Positions 38,701 through 49,730 of a stretch of 64,000 nucleotides of DNA are shown piece after piece. How positions within the stretch are numbered: position 1 is the stretch's first letter; the number at the start of each line of letters is the position of its first letter. The DNA comes from Selaginella moellendorffii (taxonomy: Eukaryota > Plantae > Lycopodiophyta), in NCBI RefSeq assembly GCF_000143415.4, contig NW_003314324.1, positions 819,379 through 883,378 of the forward strand, given 5' to 3'. The notes below the pieces were generated by a model. The model searched no databases. It saw nothing but the letters and a program-made list of their open reading frames with translations, and was not told the DNA's origin. The position numbers and the translations under genes are program-made.

Positions 38701-38972
38701 AGTTCCATTCCATGCTAGCTAGTGGAGTACCCATGTGTGAGACATAAAATCCCTAGGCCCCAAAGTGGAGCCGGAAAGGGTGCCACGTGGTAGTGGCCGA
38801 AGTGAAAACCAAACGAGCGTAACACGTTTGGACTAAAAGCTCCGACTTGGAAGGTCGAGAGCGGGAGTGGAACTCCCAACAAAGTGCTCGAGGAGTGAGC
38901 ATGAGGCAACCAATAAGAAAGGCTCCAAAAAAGGACCCAAAAAGGACCAACACATGACACGTGGAAGTGTCC

Positions 38973-39313
38973 AAGATGGACCTGAGATGGAGTCCGAGAT
39001 GGAGTCTGAGATGGACCCAAGTTGGAGTCCGAGATGGACCCGAAGTGGAGTCCAAGATGGAGTCTGAGATGGAGCCCGAGATGGAGTCCGAGATGGAGTC
39101 CGAGATGGACCCGAGTTAGAGTCCGAGATGGACCCAAAGTGGAGTCCGAGATGGACCCGAGATGGAGTCTAAGATGGACTCGAGATGGAGTCTGAGATGG
39201 AGTCCAAGATGGACCCGAGATGGAGTTTGAGACCTAGACCGAGACCGAGACCAAGTCCGAGTCTGAAACCGGGACCGAGACCGAGTCTGAGACCGAGTCC
39301 GAGTCCGAGTCCG
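38973..39313. repeat. Minisatellite of ~11-12 bp GAGATGGAGTCC/GAGATGGACCC units followed by 6-bp GAGACC/GAGTCC units
   Basis: Tandem array visible directly in the sequence. Confidence 0.9.
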
Positions 39314-39422
39314 AATACTAATACAGGCAGTTGGGTGAAAGCCCAAAGCGATTGTCCCCCGGGGGGGCTGCGGGGGGTTCCAAAAGTATAGTAGGGAGAG
39401 TGTGGGGGTTGGAGCCCAGTGG

Positions 39423-39523
39423 AGCCAGTTTGGCCAGGAAAGGCCAGTTTGGCCCAGGAAAGGCCAGTTTGGCCAGGAAAGGCCAGTTTGGCCCAGGAAA
39501 GGCCAGTTTGGCCCAGGAAGGCC
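39423..39523. repeat. Tandem repeat, ~5 copies of 19-20 bp GGCCAGTTTGG(C)CCAGGAAA
   Basis: Visible directly in the sequence. Confidence 0.9.
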
Positions 39524-42374
39524 ATACCCAGTGTTGGGTGATGAACTGACCACTGGGAAATCCAAGACTAGAGTGAATACGGACCGACAAGTGGGGTAGT
39601 TTCGTGAAGTGTTCAAGAGTCGGCTCTAGTTCCCCCAGGAGGTTGACTGGCCGATGCTCCCAGTCCAAATGTGGGTGGCATTACCTACTTGGATACCAGG
39701 CATGGCTCAACAAAACCTCGCTCTAAGCCCATGGCTAGAGCACCCAAAGGCGGAAGGCGGGGAGAGTACCCAGGAGGCCTGCATAAGGTCACGGTGTTCC
39801 AAAATGCTGTCCTAAAGTCCCAGGCTATGGAAAGGAAGAGCAGTGATCCTTGGGTGTGGTGACCAATGACACGGTCATATGGTGAGGAAGTCCCAGAGGA
39901 CAGTGGGACTTGGTGGTCGGGCCTGTGGGCCTTGATCCAGTGGCAGTGTTGGTGAACATGGCGATGGACAGAAAAGGATCTTGGTGGGGACTGTTAAAGG
40001 GATATTGGGGAAGGCTGTTCCCCATACTTGCAGGCATCTTAAGGATGCTAAGGAGTGGACCTAGGATGGTCATTCATGGACAGATGGCCCAGTCTTTGAG
40101 AGATGGGACGGTGATGCAGGTGGTGTTGGACCACCTGTGTGACCAAGGGTAATGGGCATGGCCTTAGCGTAACGGGCCAGTATGTTGGTGGTACCTTGGG
40201 GTGTCGGTCATGAGATCGGACACATGGAGCACTTGGACCAAGTGCAAAAGTTGAGTGGCGGGGATGCCATTCTCAGGGCTAACAAGCCTGAGTCTGAAAT
40301 AGGACTTATGGAGGTTGTGAGTGAGACTCCTCCAAGTGGTCGGAGGTGTGGTTAAGTGACTAAAGTAGAATGGAAAAATTAGTTGCTTACACCATTTCCT
40401 TGCGTTAGGCCACCGGTATGCTGAAATAGCACCAAACTCCGTTTGGCTCTGTTTTGCATGCTGGTCCTGGCATTAGGATGCTGATTGCTCTAGGACTGTT
40501 CCAAGTCGCTCCGAGCTCCTGTCCCTTCGCTCCTTGGGCTGTATACTCGGGAGTTGCTCTGTGGTCTAGTTCCATCACTCCTTGGCTCCAAGCTTGGGGG
40601 TTTGGCACCGTTCCTTTGTTCAGTGGCCCAAGGCCCTAAACTTCGGGTTCCACACCACTGTCCTTTGGACACGTGGCACAAAGAGGGTTTAGGTTCCGCT
40701 TTGTGGTATTATCCTATAGTAAATCACCATAGGATAAAGGGTAAAAACCATGTGCGCTACATAGACTCTCTTTGTAGCCTCGTCCTCTTTGTGCTATTGA
40801 ATTTTTTGGTTGTGATCTTCTTAGCCTAAACTCACCTCATTGGCTGTATTGATAGCCAATGGTTTTGCAATATCTATGCTGCATTGTGTGTTGGACCTTG
40901 TGGCCTAAGTTTTGGAATTTTTTTCAGGTCTTTAGCATCCATCATTCACCTAGTGTTGTCCATTTGTGTACTTGTCACTTCTTCGATGCTCGGAGAGATT
41001 TGTATAAGTATCGAATTTGTTTCTATAGACATAGATGAGTCGCGACTTTGTTCCTGATCTGGGTGTGGTGCTTTATCACCATACTTGTTGCATCCAGCTT
41101 TTCCGTGGCATACTCGACCATCCTCCCCATGGATGATGGGTTTATGTGTGTGTATTTTGAAGCAACCATAACAACTTGAAAACAATTATGCACCTATTAG
41201 CAAGCAAAAGATCATCCTGATTTTTCCAAAAACCATGGAAACCAAGGCTGGTCCAAACATGTGATTCCTACCTAGATCTTGAACAACAACTCTTACAAGA
41301 TTGAAATGTTGATTAGGTCATAAAGAAACAAACTACACTTATAGTGTTTCTGTCTATTGTTGCCCACTAAGCTGTGTTGGTATTTCCAAACCATCATAAC
41401 AATTTTTCTCAAAACCATAGCTACCAACACTCTTCTAAACCTAGCCCAAACTGAAAATGGACGCCAAATGGAGGTTGGGAAATCCTTATATATTGTGGAC
41501 CCACCAAAGGGTGGGTAAATACAAATGTATAAAAATTCAAAATATTCTCAATACATAACTTAAATGAGTTAATACCTTTTTGGTATTAAAGTAAGATTAT
41601 TTATATAAAAAGGGATAAAGGTATAACAATCCAAAACACCTTTTTTCTCAGGAAAATCAAAAAAAGATGAACCAAACACTTTGTAAAAAATTTTGCAAAA
41701 TGGAAAGCTGGGAGTGCATTGTGTAGTGTGACATAATGGACATGTCCAAGACATGCACATTATCATGGGCAACCTAGTTGCCACAGCTCAGAGAAAAGCC
41801 ACCCTCGTACCACAATTTAACACAAAGATAAAAAATAATAATAATTACCTTACCAGTACACACATTTTGTAAATTCTGTGGGAGGCAAGTTCTTCGTCCA
41901 GTTCATGCTGAATAGTATGAGTTATTGGTAGTACCCAAGAATTCATCTCATAAGGGTTTCATGTGGCAACCATAAAGGACAATTGGCGCTGATCTAAAGA
42001 AGTCTCCAAGGCAAAAACTTGGGCATGAGAAAGACTGCAAAAAGATATTGAGATTCGCAAACATAAAAAATCGTGCCAATTGTGCCTTTGGCCAATATAA
42101 TTCACAGCCAATTGCCCTTCAGCTGCGTGACAGCTGTTGCTCCCCCAGCTCATCGCCCAAGATACATGTTGCACTTTGTTCTTCTCTGGCAAAATGGTCT
42201 GCAGGCCTCCTATTGGTCAGAACAAAAGCAGCCCCGGTCCAAAGATCTGACAGTTGAAGTAAGATTTGATTGGTTCATTGCATAGAAAATCTCTAAAAGA
42301 AAACAAATAATATATAAAGAGTAAAATAAGGTTACAAATAAATAAATTACCAACACCAATAGATATGATCATTC

Positions 42375-43790
42375 CTACGATCCCAGAGTAGTATACTTGC
42401 GGAAGAATTCATGGTTCACGAGCTTCTTCATATGGATTGCAGGTAGCGAGATGAGCAGCCGCCGGTGCCTTCCCCCTCTCGGGCTGGGGAGAATCACCGT
42501 GACACCGTTCCCATACCACGGCGGCTGCATTACCAGAGAGTAGTGTACAGTCTTTCCCCATCCAAAATCAACGCTGTACACAGGGAAACTGTGCAAGCTC
42601 GTGCTGTAGATCCCAGTCCCCGACACAAAATCACCATTTAGATTGATCTTCCTTCCTCTGCCCAGCTCCATCTCCATCCAATCGATGGCGGATTGCATGT
42701 GTTCTTGAGTGGTGCTTAGGATATCCTCGTGGAAGAGCCTCGCAGCGTAGGAGAGATGGCGGGATTTGATGTCCCCGGCCTTGGCAGTGAGGCATGGCGA
42801 GTGGATGCTATTGCCAATGTACGAGGCTGGGACTGGGGGGTTCCAGCGGTTCTTGCCCTTGAGAGAGATCGCATAGACGTAGCTTGTGATGATCGAGTCT
42901 TGGAGATCTCTGGCCTCGGTGATGGCTTTCCAGATCATGGCGCTCGTTGCCTCGAACGAGGTTGGAGGGCGGCCATAGCTGTACGGACCACTGTGAACGT
43001 CTCGGATAAGATCGTCGACTTGGTCAGGATCCATCTCAAACATCTTCACGACGTACTCGCACGTTACGTCGGTTGCTTTGTCCGAGTGAGTGTTATAGAT
43101 CGGAGAGGAGTAGTAGTCGCGGACTGGCAGAATGATCGCTGGGGGCTGCCTGGCCTGGAAAATGTTAGAGGCAAAAACCGGAGGGCTCAAAAGCGGCAGG
43201 CCTCGGTGGATTTCGGACCAAGCATTCACAAACGCAAAGTTTGAGGATCCATCTAGCACCACTTCGGCCACTAAGATCCCCAATGCAATCCCACCACACT
43301 TGAACTTCGTCACCTAGATTCAGGAATTCCATGAATATTTAGGAATTAACTGCGATATCAAGAAACCTGCCTGAACTTTGAAGATCGGAGCAGTGTCTGG
43401 ATCCGTGATGGCCACTTCCGAAGGATTGAGATGCTGCTCGATGGAGCAAAACGCCATATTTTTCCAATCGCTGAAGCTGGCGTCGGGGGCACTCGCCTCC
43501 ACAAACGAGACACCAGCGTCGTTGCAATCCACCTCCAGCTTGTGACCATCTTCCGCCCTGCGCACCCGCCCTGCCAAGACATAAAACGGGACAAGCACTC
43601 TGGACAGCGAAGCTCTCAAGCTCTCGACAAGATCATCCCTGCTAGATGGTGGGAAATAGTAGACTTGCTTGGTATAATTCTCAAAGGAGATGTGGAAGTC
43701 GAGATTGGAGAGCTTGTGAATCCGGGGCTGTGGAGTTGGAGTTTCGGGCTTGACAGTCCAAGACCCCAACACCGTCACAACACTAGCCAT
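42375..43790 (-). CDS. BAHD acyltransferase-family protein, copy 1 (intact; EXXXD in place of HXXXD)
   Basis: LSNLD, LSRVLVPFYVLAGR, VDCNDAGV.FVEA, Q|VTKFKCGG, AEVVLDG, YIGN, DFGWG; intron 43314-43370. Confidence 0.92.
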
Positions 43791-44536
43791 GGTTGATCAT
43801 AGGAACACACACAAACGTAATATATATATATATATAGCAAAGTTTGTACAGTTATAAAATCTTAAAGGTAAGGGTATTTATATTTATTGTTTTATCTTGA
43901 ATTTAGTTTTACATTTTTATTAGTTATAACAATCATTTAAATAATGGGTTTAAAGTAAAAAATGATACGGGATAGAGCTAAAGAGCCAATCCAGCTTTTC
44001 CTACATGCATTCTTCCAGAACAAAGAAGAGCATTCCCTTTCGTAGTCCAAGGCCCACGCGAAAGAAACCAATGGCCTAATGAAGAGGTTAAGGGCAAGCC
44101 CGTACTGAACTAGTACAATCTGAAGGACTTTTTTGTCCCACGTATACAGGTTTCTTCAGAACTGTACAGACCACGTTAGCCACGTGGGTTTATCAATAAG
44201 ATTCTTACCAAGAACTAAACACAGTTGCCAATGGTGCGATCACGTGAAGACCAGGGAATATAAAGTTTAAACAATAGAAATTAGATGCGAACTCACAAAG
44301 CTATGAGAGCTGTAGCTCTGGAAAAGCATCAGATGGAAGAACTGAAAGCTGTTTCCCGTGTACCACAACCATCACCTCTAATAACTCCTCGCAGCATCGC
44401 ACTAGGGCAGATTACTTACAACTTGCAATATCGTACTCGTCCTCCCTGCCTGCAAGTGGGCAGCCAGTTGAGATTATTCTGCCCTTGTGAAAAGTGTGCA
44501 CATCCTTTCCTGTGACGTGGAGAGGATCAAATACAA

Positions 44537-44610
44537 TTCCGTTGCCGGGATTTGAACCAGGGTCGCCTGGATGAAAGCCAGGCATCCTGACCGGAATAGA
44601 CGACGACGGA
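44537..44610 (-). tRNA. tRNA-Glu(UUC)-like gene, probably degenerate
   Basis: TCCGTCGTCGTCTATTCCGGTCAGGATGCCTGGCTTTCATCCAGGCGACCCTGGTTCAAATCCCGGCAACGGAA: perfect anticodon stem CCTGG/CCAGG around TTC and a B-box GGTTCAAATCC. One mismatch each in the acceptor and T stems; no T4 terminator. Confidence 0.8.
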
Positions 44611-44656
44611 TTAGAGGCCTCAGCTAAAATAATAGTACTTGTATTATCAGATTGCT

Positions 44657-46154
44657 TCACCAGAAGACGTAAGATTGATCGAAGTGTCCCTTCCTACAAG
44701 CACAGTACAAAGAGGCTCTGAGCGATTTTAGATTTTGATGGGAGTAAGTACCCGTCTCGTCCGGAATAGATTGGCGAATAGTTGTAGATCAATAGCTGCT
44801 CTTCTTCTTCCCAAGAAGCTGTGTGGCTTGACTTCAGAGCCTCGCTACTCAGACAAACAGTCGACAGTTTATCCTGTCTAATGAGAAGGTGAAGAGAATT
44901 ACCTGACGAAGAAGCTCGCAGCGCTCTGTGTAATTCGAACGGCATCCGGAGAGTGAGGTATTCCTTCGTATCCCCATTCGAAAGCATTCTTCTGCAAAAT
45001 CGAGAGAATATCTAAACAAAGAGGTGAAAAACGAGAAAAGCTCTACCTCGGGATGCCATTGCACACTAGTTACTGGATACTTGCGTCCTTCAATCGTCGA
45101 AATATATATCTGAAAATCCAAAGGAACTGATGGCTCAAGAGATTTGGCACCGAAAATGTTACCTTTCCATTCAGGTCAGGAGTTGTAGTTAGCACGTCAA
45201 AGAAATCTCGAAGGCTCTGTGTGTCTCTCCAAGTCTGTGGAGATAGACCTTTCTGCAATCCAAGCCAAAGAAATGAGAAGTAGAAAACACAAAGTGCTGA
45301 GAACCTTACAACGTGATTCTGCATTGCAAGCTTCTCGTGCTCCACCTTATCCAGAATGTCCTTAGGAAACCTGGACAAAGAACACTTCACAAGCACATAC
45401 AAAGAACTGACTCGTTACCAGGTAAACATGCTGCGCCCTTTGGCCCAGTCGCCCACGAAGTTTAGCTCTCCAGCAGCTTTGTGTGCGTTGTAATCGTCCA
45501 GGATGGAATGGTTGCCACTGACGATCACGGCTAGAAGTTCCAGACCCAAGCACGTCCCAAACACGGGAAAATAATCTCCCTTATCATTTGCTTCCAGTGC
45601 CCTCTACAAGATCAAACTAAACAATCAAGACTCTAGTTGCAAAGTCACTAGCATGAATACTCCTGGAAAAAACAATGGACGAAGAACGAACAAGAAGCAT
45701 TCCAAAGCTAAAGCAAGAGGGAAGAACACAAACCTTGAAGAGGAACTCGCTGGCGCGGTAGTAGGGACCATCTTGCAAGCTTGCACTCCCACCAGCGAAC
45801 AAAATGCCATTGATCAGCGAGAATTTCTGAGCAAACAAATAAGGGCAAAGAAATTTAGCTCATGGAAGTTACCTTCGCTAGCGTCTCCCAAGGCTCGTTG
45901 TAAAGCAAAGGAACGGCGCGAGCGCCCCCGGCCTCGACGAATTTCACATACGAGGCAGCGATGTAAGATATGTTGGAGCGCCTGGGATCGCCGGGCTCCA
46001 GCCTGTTGATGTAGCTCCTGTCATCGCCATCGCCGGGCTGAGTGAGAATCCCTATCAGCGGCCGCTTCTCTCGGGATTCTTCGGGTAGCTGGATGATCCT
46101 AGCGGCGGCGATCGCAGCGAGCGCGAGGAAGATCGCTACAATGGCTCCTGCCAT
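44657..46154 (-). CDS. GGH: Gamma-glutamyl hydrolase (peptidase C26), intact, 9 exons
   Basis: Signal peptide; RPLIGILTQPGDG, SYIAASYVKFVEAGGARAVP, catalytic GTCLG and QWHPE|KNAFEW; last exon GKGHFDQSYVFW* ends at 44657. Confidence 0.92.
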
Positions 46155-46199
46155 GGCGACCCTAGCGTAAGAGCCCTAATTCGCGGGAAATTCTCGTCC

Positions 46200-46600
46200 G
46201 CGTCAATTGCTAGAGCAGCGGACACACACAAGAAACAAGCAAAGATCGAGCGCCGCCAAGAGCCAGAAGAAGTAGTTCATATGGTGATCGATCCGCCACC
46301 CTTGCTCGTGATCTTCTCCACCGCAAGAACAAGAACACTACTCCCTAAATCCTTGCGTGCGTTTCCAACCCCGCCACAACCATGGCCCTTTGCAAGCAGG
46401 TCAACTCGCTCTGTTGACCGATCAACATGCGAAGAACTTGGACGAGAAGCCTCTCGTCAAGCGGCACTGTGAGAATGACGGCGATGGTGTCACATGCCGC
46501 GAGCGATGCCGGGGGCACTTTGAAGCCGGAGATGCGGTTGCGCATTTCTTGCCCCTACTGCACGAACAGCGTCGAGGTCTGGATGAAAACGGTGGAGAAG
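46200..46600 (-). pseudogene. 3' fragment of an NPF/PTR transporter
   Basis: Homologous to 62110-62710 (RNRISGFKVPPASLAA..TIAVILTVPL.ERLLV) with internal deletions and no 5' part. Confidence 0.85.
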
Positions 46601-46619
46601 CATTCTGCTGCGAGCGGCG

Positions 46620-47880
46620 CTGCTAAGATCGCACTGGCGGCGGCATTGTGCTGCAAGCAGCAGTGCTAGATCGCAGCAGCAGCGGCCGCGATCGCAGCTC
46701 GAGGAGATCTAGCCGGTAAGAGACTGATATTGCTGGCGTGACTCGATGCAGTGAGATTTTGGCTTCTGATCTTCAAACCAGGACGGAATGAAGCCTAGGG
46801 TGTCTGCTGTCCCGTGGAAGACACCCCAGCATCCATTGCCCCTGATATCCTCACAGCACTCAAACTTGCCAACAAACTGATACACGAGTCTAGCTGCCTG
46901 GAGTAGAACTTCGGATAATCCAAAGTTTCTGGGAAAGGTGTTTATAGTCGTCACTTCAGTCTAGATTTAAGAAACTTCCGGACTTTCTAGCAGAGCAGAG
47001 CCATTGCCTCACAGATAAATCCGAGGTACAACTTGTAACCATGGTATGTGCGACTTCTCTGTCCCCCTTTCCATTTGTGATGTTGTTAATCCCCCTACAA
47101 CAACCTCTACGTAGGCCAAATAGCAATGTACGTGACCTATCAAGTAAGACCGGCTTCTCAAGCCAGCTCTTGAATGTATGTTTTTCTGCTTGTTTAAACA
47201 AAATGCAACCTCTATGTGCATGTGCACTTGCAAAAATGAAACAATCAAAACATAGCTATTTATAAATGTTCTTGGCTGTGTATGGTTCCACAGAGTAGAG
47301 TCAGACAATCCAAGAGCCATAATTCTTTCTGGAAAGGGCATGATTGCTTTGGCTCGCCAACATGGCGCGAGAGAAACCCTGGTGATTCTCCAACGATATC
47401 CTTGTGATTAGAGCGCTGTATGTCACTACATATAAGAATGCCCACTTGAGGCTGGCCAAAACGCTGGGAAAGAAGAAATGTTCCTTGCGCGTAATCTTGT
47501 CTCACAATCGAATAGATGCCACGATTCAATGGATATGAAATGCAGCCACGTGTTGCAAGTTGGTTTCCCCCATAGCACCAATGAGCTTCTTCCATTCCAG
47601 CCAGTGTGCCCATTTTTAATTGGCCATCCAAACATCAACGTAATTTTAACCCCAACCATAGGAGCACCAAATTCTTCCATATAATCTTTTATAGAGAGTT
47701 GCTATACATTTGGTCCAGATGCAATGAACCAAGCTGGTAGGCATCAAGTAAAACACAATGTCCTCGAGGTATGTATCGGAAATATAGACTTTTACATTTT
47801 TAAGGATTAAATCCTTGTATTTAAAATAAGATTATTCTATTAAAAATCCTTCGTTCAAGAAAAAATTACCAACACCAACT
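46620..47880. repeat. Unidentified spacer X, duplicated at ~57868-58915; may contain a decayed gene fragment
   Basis: Both copies start CTGCTAAGATCGCACTGGCGGCGG and share broken ORF pieces such as YSIVRQDYAQGTFLLSQRFGQPQVG. Confidence 0.75.
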
Positions 47881-47904
47881 CTCAAACCCCATATGAACCA
47901 GTGA

Positions 47905-49318
47905 TCATTCCAGAGTAGTATACTTGCGGAAGAATTCATGGTTCACAAGCTTCTTCATATGGATTGCAGGCAGCGAGATGAGCAGCCGCCGGTGCCTTCC
48001 TCCTCTCGGGCTGGGGAGAATCACCGTGACACCGTTCCCATACCACGGCGGCTGCATTACCAGAGAGTAGTGTACAGTCTTTCCCCATCCAAAATCAACG
48101 CTGTACACAGGGAAACTGTGCAAGCTCGTGCTGTAGATCCCAGTCCCCGACACAAAATCACCATTTAGATTGATCTTCCTTCCTCTGCCCAGCTCCATCT
48201 CCATCCAATCGATGGCGGATTGCATGTGTTCTTGAGTGGTGCTTAGGATATCCTCGTGGAAGAGCCTCGCAGCGTAGGAGAGATGGCGGGATTTGATGTC
48301 CCCGGCCTTGGCAGTGAGGCATGGCGAGTGGATGCTGTTGCCAATGTACGAGGCTGGGACTGGGGGGTTCCAGCGGTTCTTGCCCTTGAGAGAGATCGCA
48401 TAGACGTAGCTTGTGATGATCGAGTCTTGGAGATCTCTGGCCTCGGTGATGGCTTTCCAGATCATGGCGCTCGTTGCCTCGAACGAGGTTGGAGGGCGGC
48501 CATAGCTGTACGGACCACTGTGAACGTCTCGGATAAGATCGTCGACTTGGTCAGGATCCATCTCAAAAATCTTCACTACGTACTCGCACGTTACGTCGGT
48601 TGCTTTGGCCGAGTGAGTGTTATAGATCGGAGAGGAGTAGTAGTCGCGGACTGGCAGAATGATCGCTGGGGGCTGTCTGGCCTGGAAAATGTTAGAGGCA
48701 AAAACCGGAGGCCTCGAAAGCGGCAGGCCTCGGTGGATTTCGGACCAAGCATTCACAAACGCAAAGAATGAGGATCCATCCAGCACCACTTCGGCAGTTA
48801 AGATCCCTAATGCGATCCCACCACACTTGAACTTCGTCACCTAGATTCAGGAATTCCATGAAATATTGAAGAATTAAATGCGATATCAAGAAACCTGCCT
48901 GAACTTTGAAGATCGGAGCGGTGTCTGGATCCGTGATGGCCACTTCCGAAGGATTGAGATGCTGCTCGATGGAGCAAAGCGCCATGTTTTTCCAATCGCT
49001 GAAGCTGGCATCGGGGGCACTCGCCTCCACAAACGAGACGCCAGCGTCGTTGCAATCCACCTCCAGCTTGTGACCATCTTCCGCCTTGCGCACTCGTCCT
49101 GCCAAGACATAAAACGGGACAAGCACTCTGGACAGCGAAGCTTTCAAGCTCGCGACAAGATCATCCCTGCTAGATGGCGGGAAATAGTAGACTTGCTTGG
49201 TGTAATTCTCAAAGGAGATGTGGAAGTCGAGATTGGAGAGCTTGTGAATCCGGGGTTGTGGAGTCGGAGTTTCTGGCTTGACAGTCCAAGACCCCAACAC
49301 GGTCACAACACTGGCCAT
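47905..49318 (-). CDS. BAHD acyltransferase-family protein, copy 2 (intact; TAEVVLDG)
   Basis: Near-identical to copy 1 with the same two-exon structure; DFGWG present. Confidence 0.92.
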
Positions 49319-49730
49319 TATTGACGAGAGAACATACGTACAACCTAAAATATATATAACACCAAATCTTTCGTGGGTTCCAGGAAATGCAAAGCCTTGA
49401 AAAAATGCGTGCGAACTATGCGTGGCGACGCACGTGGTCCATAGCCACGAACACAGATCACGACAAGGACAAAGTCAGCTTTTTGTGTACACTGTGTACA
49501 CGTTTTGCGCGTTCACTGTGCCTCCTCCGTGCGGGCCTAACCATGTAGAAGCAGCTGCGGTCTGCCCCTCTCTGCCGTGTCTAAGTCGACATCTCCCCTC
49601 TGGCCGGGCAAGGGTTCAATAGTATCGTATTTGATCATGAAATTTTTTCAGTGGAGAAACATGACGTCGACGGATGCATGATCTATTGTGGCGCAGTCGG
49701 GTAGTCTGGGTTAGACGACAACGGATTCTT

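Larger units (their letters stand above)
35121..41328. mobile_element. ~6.2 kb block bounded by ~200-bp imperfect inverted repeats (35121-35320 and 41121-41328)
   Basis: The left arm TTTCTTTATGACCTAATCA...CCTTGGTTTCCATGGTTTTTGGAAAAATCA.GATGATCTTTTGCTTGCTAATAGGTGCA...CACACATAAACCCATCATCCA.GGGGAGGA is the reverse complement of the right arm. No clear target-site duplication. Confidence 0.6.

Noticed and set aside
38973-39523. Regular short repeats that could suggest a CRISPR array, and low-complexity ORFs (LGLHLGLH, MESEMESK, WPNWPFLGQTG) over them
   Set aside because: The units are directly adjacent with no unique spacers, the context is eukaryotic, and the ORFs are translations of minisatellites.
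42729-43244. 171-aa plus-strand ORF repeated in each BAHD copy
   Set aside because: Antisense shadow of BAHD exon 2; it is conserved only because the copies are nearly identical.
44412-44660. 82-aa ORF containing VRMPGFHPGDPGSNPGNG (also at 55768-56016)
   Set aside because: It is the conceptual translation of the tRNA-Glu sequence.
44694-44760. GGH C-terminus YLLPSKSKIAQSLFVLCL as given by the ORF track
   Set aside because: Intron read-through; splicing gives the family-like ending GKGHFDQSYVFW* at 44657.
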